DNA of 64,000 nt from Phyllobates terribilis (lineage: Eukaryota), in contig NW_027362768.1 in assembly GCF_046119375.1 (NCBI RefSeq), forward strand, positions 377,022,001 through 377,086,000. Reading direction: 5' to 3'. The notes below the pieces were generated by a model. The model made no database searches and was not told the DNA's origin. It worked only from the letters and a program-made list of their open reading frames with translations. How positions within the stretch are numbered: position 1 is the first letter of the stretch; each line of letters begins with the position of its first letter. The position numbers were made by a program, and so were the translations under genes. Positions 52,060 through 64,000 of this stretch are shown here, one piece after another.

Positions 52060-52460
52060 GAGGGAAGCTGCAGCTACAGCCCCCTCCTCTCCCCTCCCAG
52101 CATCTGCGTCACCCTCCCAGCATAAATCATAGAAAGCTGCAGCTACATCCCCCTCCTCTCCCCTCCCAGCATCTGCGTCACCCTCCCAGCATAAATCATA
52201 GAAAGCTGCAGCTACATCCCCCTCCTCTCCCCTCCCAGCATACATCATAGAAAGAAGCTCCATCTACGTCCCCCTCTTCTCCCCATCCCAGCATCTGCGT
52301 CCCCCTCCCAGCATAAATCATAGAAAGCTGCAGCTGCGCCCCCCTTCCTCTCCCCTCCCAGCATACCTGACCATAGAAAGAGGCTGCAGCTACGTCCCCA
52401 CTCCTTTTCCCTCTCACAGCTACTCTATGATAGAAAAATAACTGCAGCTGCATCCCCCTC
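52060..52460. repeat. ~69-bp tandem repeat (AGAAAGCTGCAGCTACATCCCCCTCCTCTCCCCTCCCAGCAT...), ~6 degenerate copies
   Basis: Visible 69-bp period (23-aa repeat in ORF 51870..52250). Lies between the convergent GHRL and TATDN2 3' ends. Confidence 0.85.
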
Positions 52461-52805
52461 CTCCCAGTCTTCTATGCACGGTTTTACACCACATCCACCT
52501 TCGGACTGTCAGTCTTGGCTCCTGAATCCCAGTACTGCGCTAGTTGTGTTTTCTCATTCACCTGAACAGAGCGGATCACTGCTATCATGATTTCATCAGA
52601 AGGGGCCCCCCCACTTTACCCCAGAAAATTGAAAGGGTCTTTAATAACAAATGTAGTTCATCGTTCACGATAAAATCTCATTAAAAAATAAAAAAAAAAA
52701 CTAAATTAAAAAATCTTATCAGACGTTCACATCAAAAGAGACTCCGGACAGAAATCTTCTCTGATTTCAAGTTTTATTAAAAGAAGGTAAGGCATCACAG
52801 ACGTC

Positions 52806-55800
52806 TTATACATTATAGATCCGGTACGTGTTCTCCCGTAATTTTGACATGACGCTTTTGACGGGTAAGTTTCGTAGCCTGGCGATCTCGTGAACGGTGT
52901 GTATGGCGAGACCAGGGTGCGAAAATTTACAGACGTGTTTAGGCACCTAAAGAAAATAAAAAAAAAAAAAAGTGTCATTACCGACAGATACAACATATAC
53001 CAGTGAGAGATACAACACTGATAGCTGACGCCCCCTGCTGGTTCAGTGTCAGCACTGAGGATGCTCTGCTATAGTGCATAGTGGGGGGTAGCAGTGTTTA
53101 TTCCAAACAGATGTCACTCATTACCTGTTTAGGAACGAAATACGGGGCGTCCGTCTCCACAATCAGCCGGTCTAAGGGGATTTTCGTCACGGCATCTCGC
53201 GGTTGCACAGCAGATGGATACGTCAGGACAGCGGTGAAGCCCACCGCCATGTTCGGGAACTCCTTCAGAAATGGCTCGATGTCTGCGTAGCTGCCGGTGA
53301 AGCAGTGTCTGCGGTAGAAGGAGATGTTACTGAGGGTCCGGACCGCGCACGTGTACACGGAGATCGGACAGGGCACATAACTCACCGGTGTATCTTGTAG
53401 TCTCGAGGAAGCCATTTTTTCAATATTTTGAACAAGTCCTTGTCTGCACCCCGACAGTGAATGACCAGAGGCTTCCCCAGCGGCACCACCAGCTTCAGCT
53501 GCTTCTCGAAAACCTGCCCAGGAGGAAATCAAAGTAATGTTAATAGTGAACCTGATAAGAAAATGCACCGAAAATTGCAAACTAAATCCTCCGCAGATGT
53601 GCTGTAACTCGCAGCAACTTTTTTCAAGAATTCTGCTTACTGCTATTCAATAGAAACCTTTAATAATGTATAATACATGGGGAGGGGGGAGGTCACATAT
53701 CACTAATCGGGGCAGATCACAAAGACCTGTTTCTATGGTAACAGACTACAAAGGCCGTAGTCTGATCCCAGTTTGTACAGATCTGTCCCGATCACGTGGT
53801 GGACACCAGAGCACGGCCCATTACCGACAGTTATTGGCGCCATGTACCTGTGTGTTCCTATTAAATGACAGCAAGCAGAGATCTTTAAAAGCAGGAAGAA
53901 ATGAGAATCCATTAAACAATAATAATAAAAAAAAAAAAAAAAAAAAAAAGGGTCTACAGAAAGTAATTTTTCCTCACCGAGATCTGGTCTGCAATCTCCG
54001 TGGAACATTTATGGGAATAGTCCAGACCCATTTCTCCGAAGGCGATAGCTTTTGGGTGCCGCAGAGCCATCATCATGTCTTCATGCAGGTACTTATCGTA
54101 ATACTGAGCGAAGTGGGGGTGACAGCCAAATGCCCCCCACACCAAGTCCTCATTCAGCACCTGGTCCCATGGAAGCCTCTGCAGCGTGCGAGGATCGCAG
54201 TAATCGGTGATGCAGCCGTGAAATTCCCGGGGGAAGGTGGAGGTGAACTGCTCCCGGAGATCCGCGAAGGACGACCTGTGCGACAGTCTGGAGTAGAGCA
54301 TGTCCAGGTGGCAGTGGGTGTCTATGAAGCCGCCAGGCAGGAACTTGGAGTCCGAACTAGTAGAAGGAATCTCTAGCGTCCGTCTGCCGGATCTGGTGGG
54401 GTGACCGGATCTGGTGGTGTGGCCGGATATCCAGGTGTCGTCAGCAGACTCGTACCGCTCGCGGCTCCGTCCTACGGGGCTGACATTGTCGCTGGATTCG
54501 CTGAGGCGACTGCTGTCCAGCAGGGAAGGTTCGGACACGTAGCTGCTGTCCTGCTCCTTCTGCCGCCAGGCGCAGTGTTCTGCGGGAGGTTTGTAGAGGG
54601 GGATGATCGGCTCCGTGTAACGTCCCCACAGACTTTCAAACTGGCGAGTGGAAAGTTTAGTGTCGTCATTTATAGAACAGCAAGGCGGGAACTCGTCGTC
54701 CTGAGAAAATCTGGCTAGCGGGCCCACGTCTTCCACGTCGGAGAAGTCACTTCCGATAGAAGGGTCCTTTTCTGCTGCCTGCAAAAATATGTAATCGTTA
54801 GTGTCTGAGCTCAGAAATGGAAAGGTGTCTCCCTCACCAGCTGATTGTGGAGGTGCCGGGTGTCAGAGCCCACCGATCTAATACCGAAGACCTCTCCTAA
54901 GAGAAAGCCACCAAGATCACCATGCTGGACCCCTTTAAGGACTTACTGTTGTACTCACATCAATATCGGAGTCTCCATCTATGAACACAAGTCGGGGGTT
55001 TTCCTGCGGGACTGTGGCTTCCACTCTGGGAATCACATTGATGACCATTCGCCTCGGGCTGGGCGCTCTCTTTATGTCGTCGCTCCTTTGTTTCCGATCT
55101 CCCACAACTTCCTTCTTGGAGATGGTGGATTTTGGGGTTGAACGAGGCAGCGGTGACTCTTCTGGATCAGAGCGACTACTTCTTTCCACTGGTTTTCTTT
55201 CGTGGGCACTTCTGCTCTCGCTGTCCAGCGACCTGCGGGGTGTGCGGGGCGCCCCCAGGATGTCACTGAACGCCCTCTTGAATAGGAGAGAGGGCACCGT
55301 GACTTTCGAGCTTTGCAGTCTCTGCGCTTCACTACTCGATCTTCTATTAGGGTCAGTATTTCTCTGCTCCTGATGATCGCGCTGGAGAGAAAAATGTGGA
55401 ATATTAGTTGTTTGTGGGCACAAGAGAAAATTACCCCGATCGCAAAACAGAATAGAGGATAAATTGTAAAAATGGATGGAGGGCATATACAGATAAACAT
55501 CAGGATCGGGGGCTGGTACAAGTCTTGCACCGGAGCCCATCAGACTCTAGTTACGCCACTGCCGTGAATGCTGCACACATGCTCGCTATAGCCCCACTCA
55601 CAAAGGACTTTGGGATGCCAATGCTTGATATTGTGGGGGTCCTCATGACCAGACACAATATTGCTACTGAGGTACCTCTTTCTCCAGCGCCGCCTCTGAT
55701 GTCTCTGTGTGGGTGACAGCTCTGTGGGACTGCTCTCCATCCGTTCGTCTGCTTCGCGCTCTCACAGTGGAGCGGACTCCGGTGCCATTATCCAGCCGGC

Positions 55801-55984
55801 GTCTGGGCGTACTCTGCAGGGGAGAGAAGATCACCCGCTGCTCCCGGGACGGGCTGCGACTCTCAGCATGGCGCTCTCGGCTGTGACTGACTGTTCGCGA
55901 CTTGCTGCTCTTCCTATATTTGCTGGGAGACATCTCGGGTGGACTCTGCCATCTATGCTTCCGCGACCCGCTCCTTTCTGCCAT
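52806..55984 (-). CDS. TATDN2: TatD DNase domain-containing protein 2, ~661 aa; coding exons 55676-55984, 54959-55381, 53978-54778, 53386-53513, 53125-53308, 52806-52946
   Basis: Ser/Arg-rich N-terminus [14 protein letters not shown], then a TatD domain with intact motifs [35 protein letters not shown] and VETDAPY; ends [18 protein letters not shown]...RIYNV*. GT-AG, in frame (1986 nt). Candidate polyA signal at 52773-52778 (minus strand). Confidence 0.92.
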
Positions 55985-56480
55985 GATGACTTTCAGAGCT
56001 GCGAAAAAAAAACAAAAAACATATATATTATTAGTGACAAATGTAAAGATGACATTGTACATCCTGGTAGGGAGCAGAGAAGGGGGGGAACCCCAAGATG
56101 TCCAAATCTCTGAAAGATGTGAATAAGACTAGAAAAATGTTACAACACAACAAATGAGACCAAAAAATTCATACTGCGCCTATAAATGCAATATAATAAT
56201 CAGCGCACGCCGAGTCACTCAGCTGCAGCCGTTCTGGTTCCTTATCACCAACACTTGAAGCGGCGAAACCATTCACACTTTTTTTTTTATTTATTTTGTG
56301 TTTTTGTTAATTTATTGCAGATTCTGCAATGTGGGAAAAAAAAAAAAAAAAGTATAATGAGCTTTCTCATGTGGGGAAAAAAGAAAAAAAAACTCCATGG
56401 GTTTCAAGAAGGAAAACACGTGAAAAAGCTGAAACTCTGATTCTGCATTTTAGAAAAACAGCGCAGCTCAAATTACTAAA

Positions 56481-56835
56481 AGAGGTCGTCCACTACTTTA
56501 TCACTGGGACAGGTCATCAATGACTGATCGATCGGGGTCCGGCACCCCCCGCTGATCAGCAGTTATCGGTGTCGTCAGCAACTGCTCAATTGCGGAGCTG
56601 CTCCGTCTTCTGATTGTGGCCGCGGCTGGTGCTGCACATCAGTCTCATCGATCTGAATAGGGGGCAGACGTGCAGTACCCGGCCGCGGCCACTATCAGAG
56701 GACGGAGCGGCTCCGTGAGTATTTCAGACCCTCGGCTGTTGACGGTACTGAGAACAGCCGACCGGCGGGGCCGGACCTGAGGCCGATCAGAGGTCCTAGC
56801 GTAGGTCATCAATGTAAATGCAGTGGACAACCTCT
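56481..56835. mobile_element. T2/Kolobok-type MITE in the TATDN2 5' intron
   Basis: TAAA|AGAGGTCGTCCACT ... AGTGGACAACCTCT|TTAA inverted termini; one TTAA intact, the other degenerate. Confidence 0.72.
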
Positions 56836-57292
56836 TTAAGGTAAAAATGCGAAAGCTCGTTCACACCTTGCATTTTTCTTCCTTTCGTAATTTTTTTTTT
56901 TTACTGATATCGATGAGATAAAAAAGTAAAAACCGCACACAAAAAAAAAACCAGCATAAAAATAAAAAATTTGGAATTGCCCGGTATTTTTCTTCTGTGA
57001 AAAAAAACAAAAAAAAAAACAAACGCTACGTGTGAACTTCCCCTGAGGTCACATATTTCCGGCTGCGTTAATCCCAGGTTACGGGCACATTTTTTAACCA
57101 TGAATGTGCTGCCCACAACATGCAATGTGCCCCGGATGATCTGCTGTATTGGGGCCTGCTCGGCGGTACTACAAGTCCCAGCAGCTCCGCAGTCTTTTGT
57201 GGGTCTGCCACAGACTCGACAGCTGAGAACCGGTTTATTCCCGGCGCCCCTCACACATGTTCACCACCTACTGTCCCGCCGCCAGAACTTAC

Positions 57293-57700
57293 TGCCGCTC
57301 AGCACCGCCGCCCGGGGAACTCCGACTGGACTCTCCGCCTTCCGTAGCCCAGTGCCCCCTAGAACGCCTAACGGTGATTGGCTGAGCCCTAGCGCGATAC
57401 CGCCCTACCCCTCCTATTCTGCCCGTTGATTGGTCAGAAAACATGTCCGCCTTATTGTTCGACTCTCCTATTGGCTGATGAAAGTGATGAGTTTTGATTG
57501 GCTCTGAGAAGTACACGCTGAAAACGAGGAATTTGTTGTCGTAGAAATGAAAGCGAAGAAGTACAAAAGTGTGGACAGAAAAGGCGCACAGGACGGGGCC
57601 CCACGCGTGATATAGATCAGGGCCTATCAGATCATTGCTTTCATCATCAGGCTTTTGGAATCTGATTGGTTTACAGGTATGGGGCTGCCCAATCAGATTA
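57293..57700 (-). promoter_or_regulatory. Putative TATDN2 non-coding exon 1 and CCAAT-rich promoter
   Basis: Minus-strand donor GCGGCA|GTAAGT at 57293/57292 in CpG-rich sequence. ATTGG/CCAAT boxes at 57377, 57429, 57470, 57497, 57665 and 57689. Confidence 0.6.
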
Positions 57701-58035
57701 GAGCTTTCATTTTGCAAACAGAAAGCAAACACCTGAGTGGTTGCTATGGCTGTTGCTCATAGCAAACAAGATTATTATGATCAGTTCACAACCAATTAAA
57801 GTAAGATCTATCTATACACACACACAATCTCCCGCACAATGGTGACTGTCATAACTGAAACTATGGCTTTGTTCACACATTCAGTCTTTGACACTAAAAG
57901 CCAATGAAAACCCCATTCACATGCGCACACAAAGGGCTAGTTCACACAGGCGCATAATGGACCTGTTTGTGCCACAGTCGACGCCCGGTATTGTGCCCAG
58001 GACAGTTGTACACCTCGTTTTGTGGTAAACGCTCG

Positions 58036-58207
58036 TTTTTTCTCATTAGGCCGCGTTCACACGTTCAGTATATTACATCAGTATTTGTAGCCTAAGCTAG
58101 TAGTGGGTGACGTGTTTCTATTATACTTTCTCTGATTTTGGCTTACAAATACTGATGTAAAACACTGACCAAATACTGACAGTGTGAACGCAGCCTAATG
58201 AGAAAAA
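58036..58207. mobile_element. Short palindromic MITE (~170 bp)
   Basis: TTTTTCTCATTAGGCCGCGTTCACAC ... GTGTGAACGCAGCCTAATGAGAAAAA inverted ends. Confidence 0.65.
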
Positions 58208-59918
58208 GACAAGCATTTACCACAAAGCCACTTGTACAATTGTCCCATAAACGTCTATGGAATCTGTGAGGGCCTGGATATGTTCCCGGCCTGTATGGTT
58301 CACAGAATTGGAGCCAGGGCCTCAGCGATCCCTCCGCTGAATGACTAGACAACCCCTTTAATTGGTTCCCATACACTCTACTATGACTTGGAGGCGACAT
58401 TGATGGACTGCAAATCTCTCTTTATTTTACACAATGTATAAAACCGATAATAAACATTATATAAAATGTTGATAATAATTACAATTATTTAAAAAAAAAA
58501 AATTCAGGGAAGAAAATGACACAGTAATACCGAATGACAGGAGGTTTCATTGCTTGTTAGTTACCAAAATTCAAGAAAGCAAACCGGGTTTATAAAAATA
58601 TACAATAGATAATTACAAAGAGGACAAAATAATACTATACAATCACAAAAAAATAAAAAGGGATAAGAAAAGTACTAACCTGTGGTCTCAGGAATGGCTC
58701 TGGTCTTTATGGAGGGAAACCTTTGAAAACAGTAGTGAACTCTGTCTTCCAGGACTGACAATGACTGTCATTCAGAATCTGTATTTATCAGGTAAAGGTC
58801 ACACCCACATACATCCCATTGGAGAGCTCCTATGGGGGCTGGTCAATGGGATGTGGCTAGGATCCCAAAAAATATGAGATCCCCAATTTTCAGGATATCT
58901 TCACCCCTGCAGGTCCCAGGCAGGAGATATTAATGCCATATTTGCTATCATAATTTTATCTTTCCATAGATAGGAAACAAGACATATATATCGTTATCCA
59001 GCTGTCCGATATTAATGTGGGACTGATGCGAAGGCCGCCTAATGATGTAAATAAATATGTTACATTCAACACTTCATCACGACGGCAATAATATGTCTCC
59101 CATAACTGTAGAATATACACCGATCACAAAGAAAACAAATATTCATAACTGGACTTTGGTGCCAGAGTGTCTGATATCTTTGAAAACAAAAAAAAGTTGA
59201 GGTGAAAAAAAGTGTCACTTCTCCGCCTGTTGTGTACACTGTGCCTAGAGGACCCCTGTTCACAGCGGGGGTCCTAGCTGAATAGGAGTCATGTGGAGTG
59301 TTGGCGAGTGCTAGCTCTTGTTTCCCTCAATTCATGATGAGGCCATGCTTCAAATCAACAATATAAGGGTGACAAGTCCCCCAAGACATGGATTTTGGCC
59401 CCATTATTACATTATATATATAACACCAAGGGTCGGATCAAAATTATCAATGAAAGTATATAGGTCTGTTAAAGAAAATGGGACATCACTCGGGTGACAT
59501 CAGGGTTCGGTCTGATTTTCACAGATTGTCAGAAAAGAGAAGGTGGAAAACACTGACATGTGAATGAGGCCTTTGTTTGGGATTAGAAAATCATGGCCGC
59601 CCTCTTTTAGAAACTCTCTTTAGAAGGCCAAAACACCAGCGTGGCGCGGTACCTGCAAGAAAGCAGCCATATTTTCCTCATTTTATTCAACTCCTTTAAA
59701 TTTTCTCAGGGTTCTCCCCCAGCCCCCCAGCATAAGGAACACAAGGGGCCAGGCAGTTTTCCCCAGGGCCACGGTTGTTCTTGTACAATGGCAAAAGGGA
59801 CAGGCCATGGTGGGCCAGAACATGGCTGACTTTGAGGTAGTCTCTGCTGAGGCAGTTGAAGCCGGTACCCAGAAGGTAATAGTGTTAATGGTGTATGCTC
59901 AGTCCTCTAACAGTGAAC

Positions 59919-62900
59919 TCAAGCCGAGTCAAACAGAACGGAGCTGTCCACCTTCTCGTCTTCGTACAGTCCGATCTCCTCCATAAGCTTCAGTTTGGCT
60001 TCATTCACTTCGATTCCCCACGACGGCTCATTGCTTTCTGGTAAATGAGAAGAAAATAAGAAGAAAGATCATTTACACATATTCTATGAAATATGGCGGA
60101 CGTCATGGAGGCTTGTTATACACAATCTGCTGATGCTTCATTGCATGGGTTTCAATGGCTGAGCAGCTGCAGCCGTACATCACCAAGCACAATGCTGAGC
60201 GTCGGATGGAGTGGTGTAAAGCCGCTACCACTGGACTCTGGAGGAGACGTGTTCTGTACAGTGACGGATCGCACTTCTCTATCTGATGGAGGAGCCTGAC
60301 TGCATTGTGCCGCTGTACAGATGGTGGAGGAGGATAATGCTCTGGGCTGTTATCAGGGGGCGGCCACGGACCCTCAGCTCCAGTGATGGGAAATCTTCAT
60401 CTTCAGCACAAGACATTGTTTACAATTGTAGCTTCAGCTTTGTGGGAACAGTTTTGCAATGACCTGAAGGAAATGCTGATGCCAGCAAAGTGAATGTGAA
60501 TCCTTTAGTCTCGTGCACATGTTGCTTATTTGTGACTTGCAGATTTGGTGCAGTTTCAATTCTGCAGCATGTCAATTCTTTCAGCGTTTTTGCACTAAAA
60601 AATGCTAAAAAAAAAAAAACGCAGGTCTAAAATGGATTGTGGATTTGCTGCTTTTTTTGTAGCGTTTTTGGCTTGTGATTTTTAGACGGCAGTGAATGCC
60701 ATAGAGAGAGAGAGAATAATAACCTATTTGGCTTCAGTTTCAGTATGAGAGTCAATTGCCCCCTGGGCGTCTGTGGGGCACATTCACATGGTAATATCCA
60801 TTCATCTGCATAGTGTACAGGTGTATTAAACATATTATGGATGTTGTAGTTCTTTTATCTGCTCATTTGTTTGCACTGGCTTAGTTCTCTCTTTGTGAGA
60901 CTCCCATACTCTCACACCCTGGAGTATTATTTCCACACACCCGGTTTACTTTCTTTTGTTTTTTTTATATATACATGGTAGATCTATTTGCATCCCACTA
61001 CCATCCATTACTTAAATGTTATTTATATTCTATGTGTATTCTTTATACCAGTCCATCTTATATTTACAACCAATGCCGTGTTTTCTATATTTGCAATAGG
61101 TCTGTTTTTTGCATCCTACACATTCCCCTATGTATCCCTTTGAATTGATGTAGCAATAAAGGATCTTTACATTAATCATTGGAGAAGGGAGTCTTTTTTC
61201 TGTTGCATCTATAGAGATAGATAATAGATATAGACAGACATATAGACAATTTTTTTTTGACAATTCACAGCCGACATCAACTCCAACTACAATTTTCCTG
61301 ATTACCAGGGCAATCGGGAAGAGTGAAGGCAAAGTGGCAGAATTGGCGTATCTAATGTGACGATCCAAATCTGCGGCGGCTGGGGGCTGGTATTTTTAGG
61401 CTAGGAAGGGCCCAATCACCAGAGACCTTCCCAGCCTGATAATATCAGCTCTTAGCTGTCTGCTTTACCTTTGCTGGTGTCATAAAATAGGGGGAAGCCC
61501 ACGTCATTTTTTTTCCATTTATTTATATGTTTATTTAATCATAAAAAGCTGTCCAATAAGCACCAAAGGGTGCAATTTTATTATATGTTCGGGGTTGTGC
61601 AATTATATGTCTGTCTGTATGTCTACATGTCTTTCTATATCTATACCTAATTATCTATTATTTATTATCTCTCTATAGTATTCATTGTTGTCCAAAAACA
61701 GTAGAAAACCAGAGGGTAAAAACACATGCAAAAACATATCAAAAAAGCATAAAAAACATAACAAAACCATGTGTTTTTGTAGCTGTGTTTTTCCTGCCAA
61801 GAGATGCAGAAATTTCTGCATTCAAATACTCAACGTGTGCACCTACCCTTTAGGGATGGGCCTTATCTGTTCCCCATGACTGTACCCAGTGCACAAGGTC
61901 CATACAGACATGGAGGAGAACATGAGCGGCCGCACAGAGCCCAGACCTCAGCCCCATCCTATAATGGACATTGTGAGCCCAACATCAGGGTCTGACCCCA
62001 CAAATGCTCTTTTGGAGAAAGGGGCAAAAGTTCCCACAGACGCCTCCAAAATCTTGTAGAAATCCCAGAAGAGCGAGAGCCGTTATATATGCAGAGGACG
62101 ACTCCATATTAATGTCTATGAGTGTAGAATAGGGGGGTCAGAAATGCCCCTGCATGGGGAAGGAGACATGTACTGTTCTCCATATACTATTATGACAGAT
62201 ACTTTCAGTTTACCTGTTGGTGAATTTGATAATTTTTGGGGTATGTTCCTTTCTGGGGTCCACGATTTGTCCTGGTGTCCTGCAGACGATGCTGTGGTCG
62301 GTGCAGATGACGGCTCGCTCCTGTACCAGCTGTCATCAGGATACAAGTCGAAGCTTACAGACTCGTCCAGTTCACACGGGCTCCTCTTGAACACGTCATT
62401 TCGCGCTGGACAATATGGCGGCACGGATTTGCCGCTCATTGAGCCAACAGCTTTGGGGGAACTGTTGGGCAGCTCCACAGCTTCTCCATGGGTGTATCCT
62501 ATAGACAAGGAGTCTTCACTCTCCTCTGGGACGTTCACACTGGACATCTCGTCCTCCTGTGCTTCCTTCGCACAGGCCGTGAACGTCTCCAGAGCCTTCT
62601 CCATCATTGTTATGACCTGTTGTGGAATAGAAGAAAAATTAAGATTAAATATGAATCTAAATAAAAAATGATCTCGGGTATAAAAAAGTAAATTATATTG
62701 TATAATGGTACTGGAAACAGTCAGCAAGCATGCAGACAGATGCCCCTATAGCAGTTACATACTTCTAAGGAAAGCGGAATGGGCGCAGTTCGCTTTTACC
62801 TATGCTTTAGAGACAATTTCCTTCCTTCTGGAGGGGAGCTAATATGCATATTTTTTTCCCCAGCACCTCCAGATCTTCACAAGTAGAACCTCAGAGACAT

Positions 62901-63295
62901 TACCACACTACAATGTACAGGATACTATTATAATGTTACCTCTGATAATAAAGGTCTCTTCTTGGTCAGACACAGGCAGACGGCAGAAGCCCAATGTACT
63001 GCAGAACTTCTTCCCAACCGCTCAAGTCTTCGATCCGTGTATTTCTGGCTCATTTCTTGTGCGCAGAGAAGGTCGACAGACTCCGATCTGGGACTGTCGG
63101 ACGGCGCTTTTAATTTCACCCGCTCCACCTCCGTCAGGATAAGATCTTTCTGGGGGGGGACAGAGGGCGAGTTATTAGATGGATCCATAAGAAGGACATA
63201 ATGAATGCAGAATGGCATGGGGCTGTTCTTACCAGGTACAAGGGGTCTCGGTCCTTGTCGGTGGGTTTCAGTCCAGTCAGGAGTTCTGCTAAAAC
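59919..63295 (-). CDS. IRAK2: Interleukin-1 receptor-associated kinase-like 2, 3' portion; exons 63233-63295, 62940-63149, 62214-62616, 59919-60037 (upstream exons not found, presumably beyond the window end)
   Basis: VLAELLTGLKPTDKDRDPLYL|KDLIL...AVCLCLTKKRPLLSE|VITMMEK...PEESED...PCELDE...|ESNEPSWGIEVNEAKLKLMEEIGLYEDEKVDSSVLFDSA*. The C-terminal helix matches IRAK2 (human ...EINEAKRKLMENILLYKEEKVDS, recalled). Two PxExx(acidic) TRAF6-type motifs. Synteny with TATDN2. Confidence 0.88.
60100..60450 (+). mobile_element. Degenerate Tc1/mariner transposase fragment in the last IRAK2 intron
   Basis: Frameshifted and stop-containing pieces LHCMGFNG*AAA, PYITKHNAERRMEWCKA, VLYSDGSHFS (first-Asp WSDES-like motif), PDCIVP and IMLWGC, typical of Tc1 transposases. 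Confidence 0.8.
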
Positions 63296-64000
63296 CTTAA
63301 AGATCAAATAACAGATTGTGGTTAAAAGACAATTTCTGATCACAGCAGAATTTATTTTATTATTAATTTTTATTTTATGACTTTAGTATAATCCATCGTG
63401 TCCCCTTTTAATATATTTGGTGCAATTCTATCCCATACACTTGTTTTTTTTGGAACCTGAAGAAAGAGGTGTAATCGGCTCAACCTATCCAGCGAGTGCA
63501 AAGGATCCCCAATTCCATAGCAGGAGCAAACCGAAAATAGTAAAACTTTTAATAAAATGTAAAACTTTTTATTTTCATCAGGTTAAAATTTGCTGGTGCA
63601 GTCGATTAATTATTTAATTAAATGTTTTTTTTTTTATCTAATGTGATTACATTAAATTTCTTTGTTTTAACATATTTGCAAGGTTGGCATTCTTCATATT
63701 TATTAATAAATATTTACCCATGTTATATAGTGATGGTCAACGCTAGCAAATCTTACAGAATGACATTAACATTTCCCAGCTAAATAATTCCCAACCTTTT
63801 TAAGGCTCTTGTCTCCCAGTCACGAGAAACGCATAATAAAAGAACCTGGCTTCCACAAATGCCGCATTGTATAATGCAAACATGTACAATACCTTACACA
63901 AAGGAGTGGGATCATTTAGTTACATTAACTAAAAAGCATTTAAATAAACAACAATTAATCGCAGCAAGTTCTGATGTGTTGTATACAGTGCTTGGTGTAA

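Noticed and set aside
54838-54896. 59-nt AG/GT-bounded cryptic exon in a TATDN2 intron
   Set aside because: It would frameshift and leave ~60-nt introns. The flanking exons already join in frame (DSDID|AAEKDPS). A poison exon cannot be excluded without RNA data.
63400-64000. Further IRAK2 kinase-domain exons
   Set aside because: No in-frame kinase-like segment with splice sites was recognised; the next exon probably lies beyond the window.

Overview
Vertebrate genomic DNA, most likely an anuran frog (inferred from the bullfrog-like ghrelin ...FLSPADMQK... and TTAA-flanked palindromic MITEs). It is not prokaryotic: there are no operons or CRISPR arrays. Gene order, read by hand from GT-AG exon chains: RPL32 (+, with an intronic SNORA7-type H/ACA snoRNA) -> <- CAND2 (-, 14 coding exons) | SEC13 (+, 9 coding exons) -> GHRL/ghrelin (+) -> <- TATDN2 (-) <- IRAK2 (-, last four exons only). 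Roughly half the window (~32-33 kb) is tandem repeat, in at least nine unit families (19-86 bp). The largest is a ~17 kb array of an 86-bp unit, with nested higher-order duplications, ending ~350 bp upstream of the ghrelin TATA box. Nearly all of the ~250 short ORFs in the supplied track are artefacts of these repeats. Best leads: (1) a ghrelin precursor with fish-style amidation signals (G-RR after residue 27, G-KK after residue 14); (2) a ~100-copy array of a near-consensus CTCF core motif filling a CAND2 intron; (3) the 86-bp satellite core also forms the inverted ends of a small element in a ghrelin intron, suggesting a MITE origin; (4) a possible intron loss in CAND2; (5) a degenerate Penelope-type hammerhead motif. 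I see no evidence of a wholly new multi-gene system. Homolog comparisons are from memory and need database confirmation.
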